Source: Tubiluchus corallicola
Lineage: Eukaryota; Animalia; Priapulida
DNA length: 64,000 nt
Assembly: GCA_030141605.1 (NCBI GenBank)
Contig: JAQGDQ010001063.1
Location: 2,005 to 66,004, forward strand
Direction of reading: 5' to 3'
Notes under the pieces: model-generated
What the model was told of the DNA's origin: nothing
Seen by the model: only the letters and a program-made list of their open reading frames with translations
The model's database searches: none
Program-made: the position numbers and the translations under genes
In this document: positions 1-12,566 of the stretch, one piece after another
Numbering within the stretch: the stretch's first letter is position 1
How the letters are laid out: every line of letters begins with the position of its first letter

Positions 1-59
1 CCTCACCACAACAGACTTTATACGCTATTTACAAGAACATTTACAGTAAGAATAAACTA

Positions 60-420
60 TACTTAGTTTTTAGTATACTTTAGTATACTAAAGTTTTACT
101 ACAGTGATACATTAGACATTAGTAAAAAATGACGGTTAGTAAATATTAATGTACGATTATTTAAGAATGATGCATTTTATATCAGATAGAAACTACTGGA
201 AGCGTTTAGTACGTAATATAAAGTCATGTATACATTGGAATATTTTACAGTTAGTAACATAGTTAAATTCATCTTTACCGAATAATAACAACTTCAACAG
301 ATTATTATTTCCTAAGGCAGCTATATTAGGGTTTTCGGGCAGAAGTATTTCATTTAGTTTGTCAAACATAACTACCCTAGTTTGTTGATACAATGGGCAG
401 TGCAACAAAAAGTTTCCTTT
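60..420 (-). mobile_element. 3' end remnant of a CR1/L2-type LINE
   Basis: ORF end 'HCPLY...LLLFG...N.KIF..IHDFILRTKRF*' is typical of non-LTR ORF2 C-termini; boundaries approximate. Confidence 0.65.
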
Positions 421-1068
421 GAAATCTATATTACTTGCATTTCGCTTACTTGCTGAAAAATCTTATGTAACTAGCAATAATGATTTTAAATGTTCGTGCC
501 AATTGGTAAAATGTCGTTGAATAACCCCTCCAGGGTGCGCCACCCACTAACCAAAAACTTATTTTTAATCTTACCTCACGCAATGTTATCTCAACTTGTT
601 TCAAACGACCTACCACCAAAATGGCCGCGCCTCACAGTCACCGTGGGTATTTAAATTTACAGTTTGCATTTAAAGTTTCATACAGCGTTACTGCTGACGC
701 AAGCTCTGTATGCAAAGGCAGTACGTAAACGGTATAAAATTTCAAGGCGAATTTTTAGTTTTACGTAAGTGGGGGTTTTCTTGTACTTCAAAGTACTGGC
801 AAAATTTGGCGATTCAAAATGCAGCTCAATCCACTTATGAAATAAACTCGTAAACTTTCAACGATATGTAATGTCTCACCTTTAGCTGATCACCTGCTCA
901 CTGGGCAAGAATTGATTCAATTACTGTTAATTTGAACTCGTTTATTTCCTGCCAAAACTCAACGCAATTTCCGAAATGAACTTGAAGAAGTAACTCAATA
1001 TGAGGAGAGGGCGGGTGTCTAGGGACAATCGTATTAGAACAAGAAACAAGATGCTACAGATTAAAAAA

Positions 1069-1475
<407 letters not shown>

Positions 1476-2348
1476 CTGGGTATAACAGACTACTAGGTTT
1501 GTACAAAAGATCGAGGTACAATGCACAAGTGAACAAAGGCACGTGAAATAACGAAACGATAAATACGGCACAGATGGAAAAATAATAAAACATTGCAACT
1601 ATTATTCTGATAGAATAATTTCAGTAACAAAAAATTAACACATAATTACCCCTAACGCTAAACAAACCCTGATTCTAATTTATTTTAGAATAAAGTGCCG
1701 TTTCATATTTTTCAATTGTGCCTTTCAACTCCGTGTACCCATATTGTGCTATTTTTACTGTGTCAAATATACTGCGTAACTTTACAAAATCAGTAATTAT
1801 ACAAACAAAAAGATCCAGAAAAAGGAAAACAAAAAAATTAAAGTATCAGAGACCTAAAATCAAGAAACTCTAAAATTTTGCAAAACGTTTCACTTCTCAG
1901 ACACAGTTGTTTATGTCTAGCACGAACAATTCCTCTATGAGAAAGTTTTAAAAGATTTTAAGACGCTCTCATGATGTCTGCCATAATTTAATGATTCCAT
2001 AAAAACGTTTCAGCGATTTCGTCAATGGATGTCATTCTATTAGCTTCGTAATTATATTGCTGTACTTCTGGAAATTAACTTCGTTACAAGGGCCCCTAGA
2101 GGCGCTAGGATCATTGCAGTTTTTAACTCTCTGGCGTATTTAGACATTAGTAAACCGGTGGTGTAAACCGGCAAGGTGCTAAAATGCTTCCGCGTAAGAA
2201 ACAAGCTGCAATTTACCCACGTTTATTCGTCAGTTATTTCTCCAATAATGGAGAATTTAATGTAGGAAAAATACGAGAGTTTATTCCTTTCAAGTAGCAA
2301 TAATGTAAGTACCAAGCAAGGACTAAAATGTGTCAGTAATATTAGGTA

Positions 2349-3072
2349 AACGAATGAATGAACGAATGAATGAATGAATGAATGAATGAATGAATAAGTG
2401 AATGAATGAATGAATGAACGAATAAGTGAATGAATGCACGAACCAAAGGACAAATGAATAAACGAACGAATGAATGAACGAATGAATGAACGAATGAGTG
2501 AGTGAATGAACGAACGAATGAATGAACGAATGAGTGAATGAATAAACGAACGAATGAGTGAATGAATGAACGAACGAATGATCCGTGTATAAGGATATAA
2601 CTGAATGAATGAATAAAATTTAATGAATGATTAAAAAATGACTAAATGGATGAATGAGTGAATGAATGAATGAGTGAACGAACGTATGAGTGAATGAATG
2701 AACTAACGAATGAATAAACGAACGAATGAATGAACGAACGAATGAATGAATGAATGAATGAGTGAACGAATGAGTGAACGAGTGAACGAACGAATGAGTG
2801 AATGAATGAACGAACGAAAGAACGAATGAATGAACGAACGAATGAACGAACGAATGAATGAATGAATGAATGAACGAATGAGTGAACGAATGAGCGAACG
2901 AAAGAACGAATGAATGAACGAACGAACGAATGATCCGTGTATAAGGATATGACTGAATGAATGAATATAACTGAATGAATGATTGAATAATGATTAAATG
3001 GATGAATGATTAAATAAAGGATTGGAGATGAATGAATGAATGAATGAATGGATAAATGAAATGAATGAATGA
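2349..3072. repeat. (GAAT/GAAC)n compound tetranucleotide repeat
   Basis: Degenerate GAAT/GAAC/GAGT array. Confidence 0.95.
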
Positions 3073-3306
3073 CCGACACTAATGACTATCTTATATACAA
3101 GCACAAAAAATTAACAAAAACAAGGGGAAAAAGTCACAAAAAATGGAAAGAATAAATTAGCGGCAAAATGAGTGAACGAGTGAAGAAAGAAATCAGCGAA
3201 CGAGTGTAAACGAGCAGTGAGGAAATGGGAAAATAATGCATAATCGAATAACTGAACGGATAATGCTGAAATGGATAATAAAGCTGAGAAAGAATGAGAG
3301 AAAGTT

Positions 3307-3910
3307 CTTACCTGGCACTATGGATACAGTAAGTGCTTACCTGGCACTATGGATACAGTAAGTGCTTACCTTGCACTATGGATACAGTAAGTGCTTACCT
3401 GGCACTATGGATACAGTAAGTGCTTACCTTGCACTATGGATACAGTAAGTGCTTACCTGGCACTATGGATACAGTAAGTGCTTACCTGGCACTATGGATA
3501 CAGTAAGTGCTTACCTTGCACTATGGATACAGTAAGTGCTTACCTTGCACTATGGATACAGTAAGTGCTTACTTGGCACTATGGATACAGTAAGTGCTTA
3601 CCTGGCACTATGGATACAGTAAGTGCTTACCTTGCACTATGGATACAGTAAGTGCTTACCTGGCACTATGGATACAGTAAGTCCTTACCTTGCACTATGG
3701 ATACAGTAAGTGCTTACCTGGCACTATGGATACAGTAAGTGCTTACCTTGCACTATGGATACAGTAAGTGCTTACCTGGCACTATGGATACAGTAAGTGC
3801 TTACCTTGCACTATGGATACAGTAAGTGCTTACCTGGCACTATGGATACAGTAAGTGCTTACCTGGCACTATGGATACAGTAAGTGCTTACCTGGCACTA
3901 TGGATACAGT
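3307..3910 (-). repeat. 29-bp tandem repeat (~21 copies) made of the Nav exon 3' end plus splice donor
   Basis: Unit on minus strand ACTGTATCCATAGTGC(C/A)AG|GTAAGCACTT; the first copy overlaps exon 3892-3998. Confidence 0.96.
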
Positions 3911-3998
3911 TTTTAAGGCCCGAAGTACCCTGAATGTCCGGAGGCCAGTAATGTTACCAACTTCCACACCAAACGTAAAAAGCACAATGGTTAGATAC
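3892..3998 (-). CDS. Nav2: Nav2-like channel, domain I S3-S4 voltage-sensor exon
   Basis: ttttcag|G TAT...CCA G|gtaagc; 107 nt, phase 2/1; YLTIVLFTFGVEVGNITGLRTFRVLRALKTVSIVP(G), the S4 'LRTFRVLRALKT' motif. The 'EVGN..GLRTFR' context is Nav2-like. Confidence 0.96.
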
Positions 3999-4082
3999 CT
4001 GAAAAACAAAAGCAATATGAAGTTAACAAGCATTAATTAATTATTTATAATTTTGCTCATTTATTTATTTATATAATTCATT

Positions 4083-4173
4083 CAAGAACAAGAACAAGAA
4101 CAAGAACAACAACACCAGCAGCAGCAGCAGCAGCAGCAACAGCAACAGCAACAACAACAACAACAACAACAGC

Positions 4174-4208
<35 letters not shown>

Positions 4209-4247
4209 GAATAACAATAATAATAGTCTTTCATTTAACATTATCAC

Positions 4248-4280
<33 letters not shown>

Positions 4281-4285
4281 ATTAT
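4083..4285. repeat. CAA/CAG and ATT trinucleotide microsatellites
   Basis: Visible simple repeats. Confidence 0.9.
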
Positions 4286-6215
4286 TAGCTCGTCTTTTTT
4301 ATATATATAATTACACATAAGTTTATTTTTGAAGTTGATTTTTAATACAATTTTATTACAAAGTTTACCTACCACAATAATAATAACATTTAGGCTAAAC
4401 ATTTATTATTTTGGAGATCTTTGCATTGAGCCGGTTGTATTTGGATTGTTACTCATGTGTGTAGTTTAAAGCGTGAATAATGTCGTATAATAATTAATAA
4501 ACCGCTCGATTATTTTAATCACTGCGTTTTGACGCAAATTAACTGACTGACTCACTGAGGGTAGTGAATAATTGGGAAGTTGTTTGTATTAAATTCAACC
4601 TAATTGGTTCTTTTATTGCACTACATCAGCAAATATAATTAGCGTTTAAACTGAGCCAAATTCTACTTTTAGTGTTAATTAATTATGTTAATTTATGTAA
4701 TTTATTGTGGGGCAGAAAAACATTAAGCACACTTCACATGTAAAGACAGTGTTGTACAGGTTTTATCCTCAAGCAAAAGATACAAACGTCTGTTTTACCA
4801 TAATCTATCATAATTTCAGTGAGGTACAATTTTTATATACGAATTATACATATTCTATTCTACGTTCAAATGTGCAAATGTTAGCGTGAGTCATTCAGTA
4901 TCCAATATCAGCTGATTCTTGTATCAAGGTCTGAAGTAAGATCTAAATAAGAAAAAATGCTTGTACGTGTGGATTTATATTGAACTTGTATTTTTGTACT
5001 TTTCTTTTTAACACTCGAAGGACTGGAAAAGTTTTCTACCTAGATGGAGCTGCATGCGCCAATTGATGCAATCATAGTTTTCACTCCTATACAAAAATAA
5101 GACTATAAGATAAGATAATAGTTATCATGCAGATTTTTTTGAAATTCAATGATATGTATATATATATCATTGTATATACAAGTAAGCAATATGGTGCATT
5201 GTAATACAAGTAAGTGATACATTGACAGATAATCACATAATTCAAATTCGTACCTATTAAAAAAAACTTCACTCTTTAAGGCTCACTCAAAATCGTAATT
5301 ACATATTATGTTTTCCTTTCTTAACTTTCAGGTTTATTGCTTTTATACCATTGCTATTATTACATCATTTACTTCATCCTTAATTACATTAAGTTATCTA
5401 CAGAAGCATGCATAACTATAATCATTTTTTCATTTAAGTAATGTGAGTGTGTTCATGACCGTATCGTACACTCACCTTGCACTATAATCATTTTATTTAA
5501 AGTTTATTAATGTGTATGATATTGTATTTTGATGTGTGAAAATAAATTCATAGTTCATAGTTCCATTCCACCACCATACGTGTTACCACCTCTGTCACGT
5601 ACAGGGAATGACGTTAATGGAGTAAGTGGGCACAACAAAGGCTTAAGAAAATTACCTATACAGAGAACAAAACTAGGTGACTCGAGATCTACACAAGTTA
5701 TGAACCAAAGTTAAATCATCAACAGGGGATCTTGTAACCATGTATAATAATACTGATGACGACGTCAATAACTGCATTAAAGAAAGTAATTAAATATTAT
5801 GATACTAGGTATACAAGCTGGAGGGGTTCATAAATAACTAAACTGGTTTTATATATTTTCTTCATCATTACGTCCATAAAAAGCTACGCAACGAGAAATA
5901 AAAAACCTGGCAGTTTTCTTGATTAATTCATGGCATCTGTATTTTAGATTCCAGTGACTTTATGACACCATCAACAGTGGTTTTATGACACCATCAACGT
6001 TACAGTAAGTCTTATTACGTGTGTTGCAGGTAACTTCAGCTTTGCTTCGGTCGGGCAAGGAACCAGTCACTGGCAGCATTTCAATGAGGAGACGTTGTGT
6101 TTTTGCTTCTGAGATATGGAGTGACATAATATTGTGTGATTTCTGCTTTTGCATCACAAAATCTCCAGTAAAACATCAACTCAAAACAAGATACAAAGAA
6201 GGCAATTGAGAAAGA

Positions 6216-6298
6216 AGGTCACGTGCTACTGTACCAGGTCACGTGCTACTGTGCCAGGTCACGTGCTACTGAGCCAGGTTACGTGCTACTGTACCAGG
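6216..6298. repeat. 20-bp tandem repeat (4 copies) containing CACGTG, ~260 bp upstream of gene A ATG
   Basis: aggtcacgtgctactgtacc x4 (last copy TACGTG). Confidence 0.85.
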
Positions 6299-6557
6299 GT
6301 CCTAGAGAACATGCAAGAGGAGTGAGATTCGAAATTCTATGTAACCATAAATGTCTCGAACACAGGTAACATTGGAAACAAAAGATTAGGGGTAACCAGA
6401 CAAATTTCAATTCACATTTGCATCTGCAACAGCTCTTTGGTATTGGATGAGCAAAGAATTTAAGAATTCACTAGAAGACAAATTCACATAATGGCGCACC
6501 TTTAGGCTCTCCGTTCAACATTTGCTCCAAAAACAAGAAACGAAGGTAGAGATCAAG

Positions 6558-7164
6558 ATGCAAAAATATCACGTGAATAAGAAAGTGGTGATGTTAGTGA
6601 TATTTTTCAGTTTCATACCTGTTGTTATAGTGATTGTTCAAAATGCTTATATAATTGCTGATGCAGTGAGTGAAACGCAAAAGATTGATTCGGGAAATGA
6701 TACGCTCGCATTGATCATCGAGCTGGCAAATGTTATGGACAAGATACAAGAGGAAAGGAATGCTAGTTTCACCTATCTCAGGAATAACAATAATCTCATA
6801 TTGGAAGAGCTAAACGAACAGAATTTGAAAACTAGTTTACACGAAGCTTATAAGGCAACAGACAATGCTTTAGAAAAAGTATCATCCACAGTGTGGATCA
6901 AACGTTTGAAAGACCTTAACAAGCACAGTAAACTGAGCACCTATCTGCAGAAACATCGTGGGAATTTGGAACAAGAAGACTCTATCGAATCCGAATTCAA
7001 CTTCTACAATGAAGTTAATGAAGATTTGGCCCAAGAGATTGCGAAGCAACTGCGGACGGTCGATGTGGACAACTGGCAGGATATTGCTTCTCTGAGAATG
7101 ATGATTGATGGTAAAGAATGGGCATCAAGAAGTTTACTTCTGGCCAACATAAAGTTCAAAAATG
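6558..7164 (+). CDS. NIT-like domain two-TM protein A, coding exon 1
   Basis: ATG 6558; TM 'VVMLVIFFSFIPVVIVIV'; NIT-like helices 'DKIQEERNASFTYL', 'YKATDNAL', 'FNFYNEVN', 'KEWASRSLLLA'; ends AAT G|gtaagt (phase 1). Paralogous to 11611-12217. Confidence 0.85.
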
Positions 7165-7799
7165 GTAAGTATAACCACAATGTATGTCCTTGAAGCAACC
7201 TGTGAAAGTCTTTTTGCTAAATGTAGTTGTTTGCAAATTACTGATGTTGAATATGTTCATGTATAAGGTAGTTGCTAAAGATACTTGCAGATTTGATAAA
7301 AGGTCGGTCAGCAGGATCATTTATAAAACCGAAGTTTTGTTTTCAATGGCAACATTGTTTCAAATTTGCTTCAATACTTCACTTCACATTAAAGTCTGAA
7401 TTGAGGAAACTACTTGTACGAAGTTCCCATTTTAATTATTCCCGTTCTCAATTTAACAAGCCTCAATTTGGACAGCAAACGTAAATATAACCTCAAGTAA
7501 CTTTGATCACCAGTCACGTTAGAAAGGCTCAGAACAGTAGACAAATAACGTTATTTTTAACTGTGCTGCTATCAGTCCGAAAAGTTCTTGTGAAACCCAA
7601 AGTCATTAACAAGACACAAAAAGTGTTTCCTAATTTTACTGTACTTTCATTTAAAAAAAAATCTTCATTCTGCCTAGCTCAAATTTTCCAATGTTTTCGT
7701 TGTTTGATTAACATACGACGTGCAAGATGCTTCACATCAGATGCTTTTACGGTATTTTAAAAAATAACTTTTGGCAATTTTGTAGATTAACCAACAATA

Positions 7800-8172
7800 G
7801 TTGTAATTCTTCTATAAGATACAGCAAATAGTTTACTATTACATATATTCTTAAAGCCCAGTAGCTCAGTTGTTGTTTTAATTTTTAATTGCATTATTTG
7901 CTTGTTTTTTTCCATTGGTATAATTATAATATAACTGCATTGGATTTTGTTTATTTGCTACACTTAAGATCTAACCACGTATTTATTCACTTAACCACGT
8001 AGTCTGCCGTGCTTTATAATATTTCTAAGTTATATAGGGGTGGTTAACTCGATGACCTCCTGGTCTTTCGCCACCCCATCTCTACACACTTTACACAATT
8101 TGTTGTATTTGCGCTATAAGTATTATATTAGAGATGAATAAACCTTTGAATTGAATTGAATTGAATTGAATT
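7800..8172 (+). mobile_element. Probable L2/CR1-type LINE 3' UTR with (TTGAA)n tail
   Basis: GGGGTGG...CCACCCC stem, AATAAA, then ttgaattgaattgaa tail; start approximate. Confidence 0.45.
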
Positions 8173-8262
8173 ACATCTACATATAATGTTGTTGCCTTTC
8201 ATAATGTTGTTGTAATATGATGAATCTTTCGTTTGTTTTAACATTTGTCTCATGGTATTGAC

Positions 8263-8337
<75 letters not shown>

Positions 8338-8688
8338 GTATCAGCTGTAAAAATGATGATTGTTTAAAAATTTGAATCCAGCTTCTGGTTAGCCATAAAC
8401 TTTTAATTTGTAACCAAAACAAAAATTCAAAAATTAATCCCTTGAATTTTGAAAGCAATAATAGATCACTTTGCAGTCTCTATTAAAAATGTATATTTTT
8501 CTCGACATGGTGACATAAATGAAGGACAGACTGGCACTTCATGACAATACTGAAAAGCACTTTCTGCCTAATTTCACAGACCAGCCCATTGAAGTATATT
8601 TCTTTAAGCATGTAAATTATTGTTTATAATTGATGTGCAGTTGTCGGTGTACATTTGATGTTTTTCAATCAGACTTTGTTTTTTTCAG

Positions 8689-9434
8689 ATTCTGTAAGTG
8701 CCAAAAACTTTCTCAATTTTATGAAAAGCAGCGAGTTATCCTCTTCACTCACTAAAGCCGCTGCAGATGTGTCTGCTGAACTAGCACAATCCTACCACCA
8801 GTACATGCAAGACACATTGTTTAGGGTGTCTGCTGAACTAGCACAACCCTACCACCAGTACATGCAAGACACATTGTTTACGGTCGGACACGGTCAGAAA
8901 CGTGACGATGTGACGTGGGAACGTCTGGCCCATGACCATATTGCTTTTCTTCGTCAAATGGAAAATAAGTTGATAAAAAGAACACGGCAAGTGTTAGTGG
9001 ATCGAAGCGACAAGCAAGGGAAACGTATGGGCGTGGCTTACATGATGGCAATCATTTCAATAGTTGCCTTGCTAGTGGTGGTGGCTTTAGCAAAAGAACT
9101 CATTGACAAAGCCAAACCCAAAATGTCTAATTTGAAATACGAATCTGTTCAGAAGAATTACGAAGAAGATGAGGTCGGGACAAAGGAACTTCTCAGTAAG
9201 GCCGAAGATAAGATGTGTCATTTACAGGTACCAACAGAACATCCCCACAGAGTACCGGCTAGGTCATCTGATCTAGAAGTAATACCTGAAGTAAAAGAAT
9301 GCAAAGATGAAACTGAGGCAAAGGAACTTACTAATAAAGGTTCAGATAACGCACCTGATTTCATACGTGATGCAAAAGAGTGCAAAGATGACAACGTGCA
9401 AAATAAACCAGTAAAGTTTTATGTAGGGCATTGA
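8689..9434 (+). CDS. NIT-like domain two-TM protein A, coding exon 2
   Basis: tttttttcag|AT completes codon GAT in frame; second half of the helical domain, TM 'GVAYMMAIISIVALLVVVALA', acidic tail, TGA 9432-9434. Spliced CDS 1353 nt (450 aa). Confidence 0.83.
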
Positions 9435-9545
9435 TGACTGCACTAATGTTTTTGTTTTCTCAAAAGTTCACTGTTGTGAACAGCGTGTTTCACTTCATAC
9501 AAAATTTTCAGCCAACGTTTACGGCTATATGCAAAAGCTTACTAA

Positions 9546-9966
9546 CAGGCCATATTTCAAGGGGGGGGGGGTGGGGATACTTCCCCGGGGCCTCACCCTC
9601 CAGGGGGGCCTCGCGCCGAGGTAATTGGTAACTTTGCGAAACAAAAAGTCAGAAGATGGCTTGTACGGAAGTGAGAGTACGGTATTACATATTGCAAAGA
9701 TGTTGTTTTTGATTTGACTATTTCACAAGTATTAAGGACTTGTCTTGAGAAGAAAGCAGTTTTTCTTTCAATTGTTCTTTCCTTTAACAACTGTATAACT
9801 CCATATTTTCTCTTCGAAAATGCTTCTCCGGCGTTCTAGTAGTTCAAAAATTTTCTGGGCGCCAACCATGGTGCGCCCGCTCCCTAGCACTTTGCCCCCC
9901 CCCCCCCGAGGGGCCTCGCACCCCCCCCCACTTCCCAGGGCCTCGCTTAGGCTGAAATAGGCCCTA
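9546..9966. mobile_element. Non-autonomous hAT-like element (MITE)
   Basis: Imperfect TIRs CAGGCCATATTTCA / TGAAATAGGCCCTA; 8-bp TSD CTTACTAA at 9538-9545 and 9967-9974. Confidence 0.85.
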
Positions 9967-11610
9967 CTTACTAATTCTGTTCTTAATTATGATTAAAGCA
10001 TATAACATTTACAAAGTTATAAGATTATATCATATCATAGTATTCCATAAAGAGTATTTATCTTTTTTAGACACTAAGGTCAGCTCCTCGAAGTTATGGG
10101 GCAAAATTAACTGGGCGTTTAGTTAATTGCTTATAAAATTAACAAACAGATAAAGTAATACAAGATGCTATTTAACAGAAGAATAGGATGACTGTCAGAA
10201 GGCACTGTAAGTGTTGTCGTGCTTACTTGAATATAAAATCATTAGCAAAACCTAAAAGCAGTTTAATCTCAGAATTCTATTTACAGAATTATAGTTAAGT
10301 TTTAGACGGGGGCTTTTCGATGCACATGATACACAGATTCATTGTTGCCATTATGGCATGTAAGAAGAAAATTTTCGTTGTCATGGTTTTGTATTTTGGT
10401 TTTGTTTTGTATTTTGTCAAGTTAAACATGTTTTTGTAGTAACAAGTAATTGTTGTACGCTGTACATAAACTTAATTAATCAAAATCACCTAAGATCGTT
10501 TTACTTCAGCTCAGCATTTTAAATTATTTAAAAAGTTTTTTGCAGTTTTACAGCTGGAACCGGCAGTTTACCATTTTACATACATTCTTATTGTACAGTA
10601 AGTTTACAACATATAATGTTCTTTCATTAAGATGAATCTCTTTTGTTTTTAATATTTTGTGTTGATTTAAAGGTGCATGTTTAACATTGAACTGTGTGAA
10701 TTGTGTTTCCTGAAGATGTTTTGTAGTTGTATTGTAAATAATGTTCTTATTAGTAAACAAATACCTTAAATACATTGTCACAGTATTTTCCCAACAGCAT
10801 AGCAAGACGTTGAAAATCAAACTCGGTACTAAACAGCTATTATTAAAAATCTTACTTAGAATTCTAATCATGGTTTATACAAACTGCTACTAAATTCAAC
10901 TTGATTTTGCGAATATTCTAAGGATATTTTACATGCAAAGAATATGAAATAAATCTTCAGCCTATTGAATATTTAAAAGAATTTTAGTTAAAGGTTTCTC
11001 AGTTTGTGACTACAAATAAATAAGTGTACTAAATACCCATTATAAAAAGCTATATACCACTTTTTACGTGTACACATGTGGTTATCACTGAACAGTCTTG
11101 TTATGATGTTTATATAAACAAAATTAATATGTGCAGCTAGAGCTAGGGAGCAAGTCATGCAAGTTGTAATGGTCATCAGTATTCAATGAGCGTCGAAGCG
11201 CTCCGGTGATCTTGCCCGGAGGATAAGCTCAGCTGACAAAACCGCTTTTGATATGGGCAGTTTAGTGGCTGGTGTCTCTCCAAAAAGGGCCATAAATAAT
11301 TAAACAACAAACAGACAGTCAAAGCTAAAATAACAGAACACTACATTAGGTAAAAGTAGTGCTCAATTTCCATTAGCTGTTAACTCAGTTAAACTTGAAT
11401 AAAGAACATAAACATAAACAAAATCATAAAACGACGAGGACAGATGTCAGAGGAATGCCACCCCTTCTCTGCATACCCCCTCTCTCACATTTTTCCATCC
11501 TTGACACGCTGCTCTTACTAGCTGCTAGCAAAGTAAGTTCAGCTTTTGCCACGCCCTGTTGCAGACAGCAATACACCCTGCAGTTTTTTCATCTGAGCAA
11601 AAAAATCAAC

Positions 11611-12217
11611 ATGAAGGAGGAAGAATTCAATGCACAAAAAGACAAAGTGAATAGGAAAGTAATACAAGTGATACTGTTCAGTTTCCTGCCAGTGATATTA
11701 GTGATCGCTCAGAATGCCTATATAATTTCTAATGCAGTGAGTGAAACGCAGGAGATTGATTTGGTACAGGATGCTTTTACATTCAGCGTGAAAATAGCTG
11801 ACATTATGGACAAAATCCAGGAGGAAAGGAACGCCAGCGTTGCCTACCTTGCATTACAGGAACCAAGTGATAGAAATTCGAAAGCAAAGTTACGTAAGGC
11901 ATACAGAGCTACAAATAAAGCTTTCGATAAGGTGGAATTTGACGAGTGGGTTCACGGGATTGACGAGTTTCGAACCCAGAACGAACTGAATGCCTACATC
12001 CAGGCGCATCGTCGAAGACTAGAACTAGGAGATTCCATTGCAGACGAGTTTGCATTCTACGACGGAATTAACAAGAACTTGGCTCGATGGATTGCCGTCC
12101 GACTGCGGAGGGTGGAATCGGACAGCTGGTTGAGCATCGTATCTCTCAGACTATTAATTGATGGTAAAGAATGGGCATCGAGGAGTTTAGCCTTGGCTAG
12201 TGTCCATTTCTTAAATG
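11611..12217 (+). CDS. NIT-like domain two-TM protein B, coding exon 1
   Basis: ATG 11611; TM 'VIQVILFSFLPVILVIA'; 'DKIQEERNASVAYL', 'YRATNKAF', 'FAFYDGIN', 'KEWASRSLALA'; same phase-1 donor AAT G|gtaagt as paralog A. Confidence 0.85.
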
Positions 12218-12566
12218 GTAAGTGTTAGTTTGATTACAGGCTGTAGTGGGTGCGTAGGCCCTTTTTGGTTCTAATTTACTTTTCAATTACTGCCACGGTG
12301 CTGCCATCTGTTTGTTTATTTAGTAGGCATTTAGCTTTTTACAGTAGTCACTTTTTTAAAATTCAAGAATTTTATCATTCAATACATCAGCATTTTGGCC
12401 TTTCGTGAGCTATAGCTGTAGTAGTTGCATGACATTTACGCGTCTTTTGGTTCTCTCCACCATTGCTCTATTTTACTTAGGCATTTATGACTGTGAATTC
12501 CTTATGAATTTATTGTTGTGACTTTTATGTTCTTAACAATCATCTAATCCTGCTACCAATTGCTAT

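Noticed and set aside
3307-3910. CRISPR-like appearance of the 29-bp array (and of the 43-, 45- and 47-bp arrays)
   Set aside because: Head-to-tail repeats with no unique spacers, no cas genes, and a eukaryotic intron context.
11395-11610. 72-aa N-terminal extension of gene B in the ORF track (and the TTG start of gene A at 6522)
   Set aside because: These are non-ATG starts; similarity between the paralogs begins just after the ATGs at 11611 and 6558. An upstream exon cannot be excluded.
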